A stretch of 30,496 nt of DNA from Candidatus Woesearchaeota archaeon (GTDB taxonomy: Archaea; Nanobdellota; Nanobdellia; Woesearchaeales; SKIA01), in contig SKXU01000046.1 of assembly GCA_007128245.1 (NCBI GenBank), positions 1-30,496 of the forward strand, in the 5' to 3' direction. A model generated the notes under the pieces. It was not told the origin of the DNA. It worked only from the letters and a program-made list of their open reading frames with translations, and searched no databases. Position numbers and translations under genes: made by a program. This document shows, one piece after another, positions 24,376 through 30,496 of the stretch (positions within the stretch are counted from its first letter, which is position 1; the number at the start of each line of letters is the position of its first letter).

Positions 24376-24807
24376 ATGAAAGTGGTTGTTGCTTCTGGCG
24401 GATTCGATCCCTTGCACATCGGCCATGTCCGGTACCTACAAGAGTCTGCAGCTCTCGGCGATAAGCTTGTGGTAATTCTGAATAATGATGCGTGGCTGAC
24501 GCTCAAGAAAGGGTATGCGTTCATGCCTGAGCAGGAGCGCAAAGAGATTTTAGAGGCGTTTTCTTTTGTGGATGAAGTAGTAGTGTCATCACACACTCCC
24601 GACTCAGTAGATATGTCTGTGTGTGCAGATCTTAAGCGCATTCGGCCTGATGTGTTCGCCAAGGGTGGCGACCGCGTTGCGGACAACATTCCTGAGTATG
24701 CACTGTGTAAAGATCTCGGAATCACTATGGTGTTTGAGGTTGGGCACGGTGGCAAGGTGCAGAGTTCTTCTGAGCTTGTTGAGCGAGCACGAACACACAA
24801 CACATAA
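24376..24807 (+). CDS. Cytidylyltransferase-family protein (TagD/RfaE/RibL-like)
   Basis: SGGFDPLHIGH (HxGH), LVVILNND, ERKEILEA...VDEV, KGGDR, SSS. Confidence 0.92.
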   Translation: MKVVVASGGFDPLHIGHVRYLQESAALGDKLVVILNNDAWLTLKKGYAFMPEQERKEILEAFSFVDEVVVSSHTPDSVDMSVCADLKRIRPDVFAKGGDRVADNIPEYALCKDLGITMVFEVGHGGKVQSSSELVERARTHNT

Positions 24808-24861
24808 TATTTATAACTCTGTAGTGAGTACATTGCTGCATGAAGCATACTACGAATCAGT

Positions 24862-25362
24862 TTGCCAGTCACGCTGACAAAGCAGACACTCTCTATAGCA
24901 CTCAACCAATTACCTGGAACAATTATTCCTACAGGCACACGAGGCCGCATCCGGTCTCTTAAACCTCACGATCCTGAATGGAATAATATCTACGGCACAC
25001 TTATTTCTGTAGCGCAAGAAAAACTTGCGAAAATCGATCAGAAATTAGCTGATCAACCAGCTTGGATGAGTATACTGTACGGAAAAACACCTACGACGAA
25101 CGCGTTTGAGTGCACACGCAACGGGCAAAGAAATGCTCGTAGCTCGCTCGCAAGCATTCTTGAGCAAGACACACGTGCGCACAACATGACCACAGACATC
25201 GTTTCGGTCGCTGAGGACGCACCAACACACCAAAGAAAAAAGCTACGCGAATATGCTACGCAACTAGCTGGCCGCAAGAACAAGCAAAAACACAACGCTC
25301 TTGCATATGTTACTCACGTCGCTACGCTTCGAGCACATGTCCGCGGATATCATCGCGCGTAG
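24862..25362 (+). CDS. Hypothetical protein, start uncertain
   Basis: 166-aa ORF (TTG start) filling an otherwise empty gap of about 500 nt. Overlaps the 3' end of the opposite-strand gene by 41 nt. Confidence 0.5.
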   Translation: MPVTLTKQTLSIALNQLPGTIIPTGTRGRIRSLKPHDPEWNNIYGTLISVAQEKLAKIDQKLADQPAWMSILYGKTPTTNAFECTRNGQRNARSSLASILEQDTRAHNMTTDIVSVAEDAPTHQRKKLREYATQLAGRKNKQKHNALAYVTHVATLRAHVRGYHRA

Positions 25363-26584
25363 TGTGCGTGATGTGCACCCGTCTCGTAGTTCCAAGAAGA
25401 TCTTGGTCCGTGTGAACAATCACAGGCAAATACTGCTCGGTGCGGCCGATGTATGAATCTCCTTTTTTCTCAACAAATCGCACCAGTTGCTCTGTTCCAA
25501 GAAGGTGCGCGTGTTGCTCTCTCCACGCGGCGCTCTCAAACAATCGTGTGAGCTCTCGTGAGCGACTCTTCACTACCTCTGTGGGCAGCTTATTCATCCC
25601 TGCTGCTGGCGTGTCTGGGCGCGGATAAAACTTTGATATATGAATAATAGGAAATGCAAGTTCATTTACGAGTGCAAGTGTCTGCGCAAAGTCCTCCTCT
25701 GTTTCAGTGGGGTACCCACAGATAATGTCTGTGGCGATGGTGATACCAGGAATTTCTGCTCGAAAAGCAGTCACGATATCTCTGATGTCTTGTGCAGTGC
25801 ATCGCCTACGCATGTGTCTGAGTACTGCGTCACTTCCTGCTTGTATGGGAAGGTGTAAGAACATATACACCTTTGGATGCTTGTAGGCGCGAATGAGTTC
25901 GGGCAACCATTTTTTTGTCCAGTCAGGGTTTGTCATTCCAAAACGAATCATAAAGTCTCCCTCGATGCGTGCTACGCGCTCAAGAAGCTCTCCAGGGTTT
26001 GTGCCGATATCCATCCCGTATGCACCGTTGTCTTGACTAGTCAGCCACACTTCTTTTACTCCTCCGTCAACTGCGCTGCGTACTTGTTGCTCGATATCAG
26101 ATGGTCGGTAACTCACAAGGTTCCCTCTCGCTTGTTTTGTTTTGCAGTACGTGCACGATGACAGACACCCTGCGCAGATGGGAACGATCTCCACGTATGG
26201 GTTTAAGCGCACTTTAGGTGTGTTGAGCCGCTCGTGCGTACTCGATCCTATCTGAATATATTGTTGCTTATGCGCAGCTGCATGCACTGCATGTGTGATG
26301 TTGTGGAGTTGCTTAGTTCCCAGTTGCACATACCCATCCAGCAATCCTTGTTTGTCTGCTTGGGGAATGCATCCTGCGACAACGACAGGTTTTTTTTGCC
26401 GCGTCAGTCTAGCAAGAAAGCTGTCTTCTGTAGGGTTTTTTACGGTACAGGTGTTGTATACAACAACATCCGCATCTTCTTGCGCATCTACAAGTTGGTG
26501 CCCTTCTTGCTCTAAGTATCCCGCCATACTCTCTGTGTCTGCCTGATTAAGGCTGCATCCTTGTGTTTCTATGTATATGCGCAT
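25322..26584 (-). CDS. mtaB: MiaB-like radical SAM tRNA methylthiotransferase (MtaB/CDKAL1 type)
   Basis: GCSLN, NTCTV, AGC (UPF0004 domain), CLSSCTYC (CxxxCxxC), C-terminal TRAM domain. Start moved to ATG 26584. Confidence 0.92.
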   Translation of the reverse strand: MRIYIETQGCSLNQADTESMAGYLEQEGHQLVDAQEDADVVVYNTCTVKNPTEDSFLARLTRQKKPVVVAGCIPQADKQGLLDGYVQLGTKQLHNITHAVHAAAHKQQYIQIGSSTHERLNTPKVRLNPYVEIVPICAGCLSSCTYCKTKQARGNLVSYRPSDIEQQVRSAVDGGVKEVWLTSQDNGAYGMDIGTNPGELLERVARIEGDFMIRFGMTNPDWTKKWLPELIRAYKHPKVYMFLHLPIQAGSDAVLRHMRRRCTAQDIRDIVTAFRAEIPGITIATDIICGYPTETEEDFAQTLALVNELAFPIIHISKFYPRPDTPAAGMNKLPTEVVKSRSRELTRLFESAAWREQHAHLLGTEQLVRFVEKKGDSYIGRTEQYLPVIVHTDQDLLGTTRRVHITHTTRDDIRGHVLEA

Positions 26585-26595
26585 ATGTGAATGAA

Positions 26596-28725
26596 TTATC
26601 GCGGTTTTATAAGGGTTCGTGAGAGCAGAATAAGCACTAGCCCCACTCCCACCACAAAAAACCACCTGTAGGGCAGGGGCATAGTTCCTGGAATCTCGGC
26701 GTGTCCGGTCGCAGTTTGTGCTGTGCCCTCCGCAGTAATACTAGCCACAAGACGCATGGGTTGGTTTGTGCGCGTGATCGTTGTTACGTAGTGCGTGCCA
26801 TTAAATTCGAGAGGGTGCTGCTCAACCCCAACAAGCGCTCGAACGCGCGCTTCAGGAAGACACGTTCCTTGTGTGTTTGGGAGGAAAATGCGTGTTTGTA
26901 TTGCGCGTACACGAGTTGCGATGGTGACGTGCGATCGTGTGCGCTCCACTGAGGTATCCACAAACTCTAAGAGGTCTTGTTGTGAAGCCACATAGATTTC
27001 TCCCAGTACTGCTCGCAAGTCCTCATCGTCTGAGAACACCGTGTAAAACGCTCCGCATTGGCTTGTTTGGTATGCATGTGCTGCCATCCTCTCCAAGACT
27101 TCTCGCGCCTGCACGTCCTCTGTGATGTACGCAATAACTGTGAGGCAGGCACGTGGTATGTACGTGTCTATAGCGTCCAAAATACCTTCTATTCCTTCAG
27201 GGTCTCGAGGCAATCCATCCGAGAGGAAAATCACTACAGGTGTACGAGATACGGGCGAGCGTAGTTGCTCTCCTGCGAGTCGTAGCGCAGGAATGTATAA
27301 ACTATATCCTTCTGCGCGTATTCCTTGTATGCTTGCTTTCAGTCGGTTCTTGTCTGTTGTTTGCGCATCTTGCAGGAGTCGCACACGTTGATCAAACACG
27401 ATAAAGCTCGCCCTGTCTTGTGGGCTGAGCAAGTCGACAAAGCTCGTTGCTGCGTCCTTAGCTACTTGTAAGCGCTCTCCTGCCATGCTTCCGCTGTTAT
27501 CAAACACGAAGACGAACTGCGATGGATCCGTGGCGCGCGTTGTTCGAATCGTTCCGGTAAATGTACCTTCCTCATCAGTATATCCGTGAACGCCTTCTGA
27601 AAATGCTTTTGACCAGTTTTCTTGCGGCTCCAGAAGTGGTGACTCCCACGCATCCGTTGCTGAGCGCACCCTGCGCGGGCGCGTATCTTCATTTACCCAG
27701 ATGACTGTTCCTGCAGTTCCCATTGTGCGCGGCAAAAATCCTTCTGGCGTGATTCGTACAACGTCCGGATGCGTTAAGAGAAAGTATTCTTGTTCCGTAA
27801 ATGCGCACACATCCCCTACCGTAAATGTTCCATAGTCTCTTCCATACACGAAACACGCTCCTTGGCATCGCTCGTGTACAATGGTTTCGTAGCGATACGT
27901 TCCTGCCGGCAAGTCAAACTGAATGCTCGGCGCAGTTGCTTGCTCTCTGAGGACGATTCGCTCTCCGTCCCACACCGTAAACGTGAGTGAGGGTGCAAGG
28001 CATGTTGCAGTAAAGATGTCTTCTACTCTGTATGTTGCGGCCACCTCTGCTGTGCCCTCTTGGATGCGTGTGCGCACTTCAAGGACTTCTTCTCCTGTGA
28101 TATCTCTGTGGAGTGTTGAGTAGACGTATTCGAGGTCAAAGCCATTTTCTTGTGCTTCAAAAAATGCTCCGCATCCTGTTGCGTGCAGTGATTGTTCTGC
28201 CATCCCTCCAAGAAGAACGTCTGCTCCTTCGTCTGCGGCATACGCCACGGTAAATATGCAGGTTCCTTCTTGCACAATCCCTATTTGTGCTTCGAACACT
28301 CTTTCTGGTTCTTCATCTACTCCGTCTGATAAGAAAATAATGATGTTTCTGTTCTGGCTGCTCGTAAACAAGTCTTGTGCTGCTGCGAGCGCAGGTAGGT
28401 ATGATGTCCAAAACCCTACTCGGATATCCTCTATTGCGCGCACAAGAGAATCTTGGTTTGCACTCATAGAATGTACTATTTGTGCTCGATCATCAAATGC
28501 GACTACACCCACTCGTTGTCCTGCCACCAGTGACTCCACAAAGCTTGTTGCTGCGCGTTTTGCTTCTTCAAGGCGTGCTCCGCGCATGCTTCCTGATTTG
28601 TCTATAACAAGCACTATCTCAGTTTCGGTCTCTTCTTGGTCAGGTAAGAATCCTTCGTACACGTCTTGTTCACAGATAAAACCGATTGCAGTCACGGCCA
28701 ACACTACGAGGAGTACGTATCGCAT
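26596..28725 (-). CDS. Membrane-anchored protein with two vWA domains and a central cupredoxin-like domain
   Basis: Signal peptide; DKSGS...FLSDG and DNSGS...FLSDG MIDAS motifs; ITPEGFLP...VIWVNED...ESPLLEP cupredoxin-like segment; C-terminal TM helix. Confidence 0.85.
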   Translation of the reverse strand: MRYVLLVVLAVTAIGFICEQDVYEGFLPDQEETETEIVLVIDKSGSMRGARLEEAKRAATSFVESLVAGQRVGVVAFDDRAQIVHSMSANQDSLVRAIEDIRVGFWTSYLPALAAAQDLFTSSQNRNIIIFLSDGVDEEPERVFEAQIGIVQEGTCIFTVAYAADEGADVLLGGMAEQSLHATGCGAFFEAQENGFDLEYVYSTLHRDITGEEVLEVRTRIQEGTAEVAATYRVEDIFTATCLAPSLTFTVWDGERIVLREQATAPSIQFDLPAGTYRYETIVHERCQGACFVYGRDYGTFTVGDVCAFTEQEYFLLTHPDVVRITPEGFLPRTMGTAGTVIWVNEDTRPRRVRSATDAWESPLLEPQENWSKAFSEGVHGYTDEEGTFTGTIRTTRATDPSQFVFVFDNSGSMAGERLQVAKDAATSFVDLLSPQDRASFIVFDQRVRLLQDAQTTDKNRLKASIQGIRAEGYSLYIPALRLAGEQLRSPVSRTPVVIFLSDGLPRDPEGIEGILDAIDTYIPRACLTVIAYITEDVQAREVLERMAAHAYQTSQCGAFYTVFSDDEDLRAVLGEIYVASQQDLLEFVDTSVERTRSHVTIATRVRAIQTRIFLPNTQGTCLPEARVRALVGVEQHPLEFNGTHYVTTITRTNQPMRLVASITAEGTAQTATGHAEIPGTMPLPYRWFFVVGVGLVLILLSRTLIKPR

Positions 28726-28776
28726 ACCACTTTTTGCGTGGACTCTGTGTTATATGTGTTACGACAAAAATAGTAA

Positions 28777-28788
28777 TGTTTATAAACA
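28777..28788. promoter_or_regulatory. Palindromic, potentially bidirectional TATA box (TGTTTATAAACA) between divergent vWA gene and sepF
   Basis: Perfect 12-bp palindrome containing TTTATAAA, about 30 nt before sepF. Confidence 0.5.
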
Positions 28789-28817
28789 ATCAAGAGTGCT
28801 GTACTGAGTAGGAGATA

Positions 28818-29225
28818 GTGATGGTCAAAAAGTTTTTTAGCGATTTGAAAAGAAAGTTTGAATTATCCTCTGAGGATGTAGTCGAAGAGCAAGAGCAGTA
28901 CGTAGAGATTTCTTCAAGTTCTCAGCGTAAACGCGCTGCGGACAGTAAGATTCTTGTGCGCCCCTACGTCCTTGAAGACTTTTCTGATGTAAAGCCTATT
29001 GTTGATGCGCTTCGTGGGCGAGAAACGATTGTTCTTATTAACATCGCTCCTCTGAAAGAAAAGGATATGATTGAGCTTAAGCGCGCAATTAACAAGCTAA
29101 AAAAGACTGTTGACGCAATTGGCGGCGACATCGCTGGTTTTGGTGATGATTACATTGTCGCAGCACCTGATTACGCGCACGTCTATCGTGCTCCTAAGCA
29201 AAAGCCTGTTGTTGACGAAGATTAG
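28818..29225 (+). CDS. sepF: Cell division protein SepF (archaeal type)
   Basis: LEDFSDV..IVDALR...IVLINIAPL, LKRAINKLK...GGDIAG; AGGAG SD. Start is 28818 (GTG) or 28821 (ATG). Confidence 0.92.
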   Translation: MMVKKFFSDLKRKFELSSEDVVEEQEQYVEISSSSQRKRAADSKILVRPYVLEDFSDVKPIVDALRGRETIVLINIAPLKEKDMIELKRAINKLKKTVDAIGGDIAGFGDDYIVAAPDYAHVYRAPKQKPVVDED

Positions 29226-29280
29226 TTGCGCATAACACGATTGGGCGTTCGTTTTCACAACGTTTTTATATCGCATCCAC

Positions 29281-29817
29281 ATGGTAGATTCGATGGAAGA
29301 TGAGATGGAAATCATTGAGGGCGAACGATGCCCGCTGTGCTTGCAAAACACGCTCACATTAATGGAGCGCGTTCTTAACATCCCGCATTTTGGGGTGACC
29401 CACATGTTCTCTATGCACTGTGAAAATCCAGATTGTGACTATCACCTTGCTGATCTTGAAGCAGAAGAAGATAAGAAGCCTGTCAAAGACTCGCTTGAGA
29501 TTTCCTCCGAAGAACACCTCCAGTGGTATATCGTAAAGTCTGCTGACGCCACAGTAAAAATTCCTCGTATGGTGGAGCTAGCACCAGGCCCTGACTCCTC
29601 AGGATTTATTTCTACTATTGAAGGCCTGCTTAATCGTTTCAAAACAATTCTTGAAGAGCTCACGCAAGACGATGATAAAGATGTTGCCAAGAAAGCCAAG
29701 AATCACCTCAAAAAATTAAACCGTGTCTTGTGGGGTCGCGAAGCCATCAAGATATCGCTTGAAGATAAGTCTGGTAACTCAGCATTTATTCGTGAGCGCC
29801 TTGAGATCGAGGAATAG
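29281..29817 (+). CDS. zpr1: ZPR1 zinc-finger domain protein
   Basis: CPLC...IPHFG...C-x4-C, IVKS..ATVKIP, GFISTIEGLLNR, EDKSGNSAFI. Confidence 0.93.
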   Translation: MVDSMEDEMEIIEGERCPLCLQNTLTLMERVLNIPHFGVTHMFSMHCENPDCDYHLADLEAEEDKKPVKDSLEISSEEHLQWYIVKSADATVKIPRMVELAPGPDSSGFISTIEGLLNRFKTILEELTQDDDKDVAKKAKNHLKKLNRVLWGREAIKISLEDKSGNSAFIRERLEIEE

Positions 29818-29883
29818 TTCTGTATATCTATGCGTACACGTGCTCTCACACGTATGCTTCGTTTCTCATCAAGATGTCGCTTA

Positions 29884-30459
29884 CTAAAACACTCTGTGTA
29901 AAGCTTCTTCTTGACGAGGAGTCTCTGCAAAAATTATTTCCTTAAACACGCGATACTGAGCATTTTTGAGAATACTCATCACACGTCTTTGCACATCTCT
30001 TCCTCCCCATCCAAGCGCGTTTGGTGCTAGAACATATGCGAGACCAACATCAGGGTGTACTGCACAGGCATCTGCTCCTCGACTGAATCCGTACCCTGTT
30101 GATCCGTCCGAATAGTGCGTGACAAAGACCCCTGTAAGTTGCGCCAACGAGGAGATGTTAGCTACACGAGTCTCTAATTCTATTACTGCATCAAGTTTTT
30201 TTGCTGCCTCAGGTATTCTCCACTGCACTGAACTTGCGTCCTCACCCACATGTACATCAGGGATAAGGATTCGTGGATGATGTGTGTGTACGTATCCAAT
30301 ACATGTTGTTTGTGATGCTTCAGTAGGAATTCCTCCCTTCGGTGCGTAGCGTAACTCTAGCCAATGCGGGGAGTGTCTCCACAGACTTACATTGGCAGTT
30401 GAGTTCTCTGGAAAGGTCCTATTAAGCTCTGTTGCTAGCAAGTATGACTTTTTTGGCAT
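29884..30459 (-). CDS. Hypothetical protein
   Basis: 191-aa ORF with an AT-rich promoter-like region upstream; no motif recognised. Confidence 0.65.
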   Translation of the reverse strand: MPKKSYLLATELNRTFPENSTANVSLWRHSPHWLELRYAPKGGIPTEASQTTCIGYVHTHHPRILIPDVHVGEDASSVQWRIPEAAKKLDAVIELETRVANISSLAQLTGVFVTHYSDGSTGYGFSRGADACAVHPDVGLAYVLAPNALGWGGRDVQRRVMSILKNAQYRVFKEIIFAETPRQEEALHRVF

Positions 30460-30496
30460 TAGAGTGAAAAATATCTATAATTAATAATAATTTTGA

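Noticed and set aside
25322-25362. 41-nt convergent overlap of a hypothetical ORF with mtaB
   Set aside because: The hypothetical ORF is uncertain, and such overlaps are common in compact genomes.
29831-29857. Imperfect hairpin between convergent zpr1 and hypothetical gene
   Set aside because: Too many mismatches to call a terminator or RNA.
1-30496. CRISPR array, rRNA, IS elements, integrase, DGR; numerous 60-180 aa opposite-strand ORFs
   Set aside because: No regularly spaced repeats, rRNA signature, transposase, recombinase or reverse-transcriptase motif seen. The short ORFs lie within well-supported genes on the other strand or frame.

Overview
Gene-dense archaeal chromosome segment. 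A DPANN, Woesearchaeota-like origin is inferred from gene content and style and was not tested phylogenetically. Housekeeping genes: thermosome, GluRS, TFE, aIF2-gamma, eS6, uL16, Nog1 GTPase, MtaB-like methylthiotransferase, SepF, ZPR1, PMM, LemA/HtpX. Also present: two tandem archaellins, two histones of different classes (one 56-aa gene missed by the ORF track), three tRNAs (intron-containing Met-CAT, Ala-GGC, Ser-GGA) and several surface proteins (four-Kazal lipoprotein, cohesin/Ig protein, double-vWA protein). No CRISPR array, rRNA, integrase or transposase was seen. Strongest leads: (1) an identically spaced cis-element, including a 14-bp GTACATTAGTGTAC palindrome/hairpin, in front of both archaellins, plus a 113-bp identical coding block; (2) a tRNA cluster interleaved with accessory genes, including a free-standing LAGLIDADG endonuclease ending 15 nt before tRNA-Ser; (3) an RHH fused to a catalytically eroded nucleotidyltransferase coupled to PMM, a candidate nucleotide-sugar-sensing regulator; (4) a Kazal-inhibitor surface locus. 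Family calls come from motif recognition only; no database search was run.
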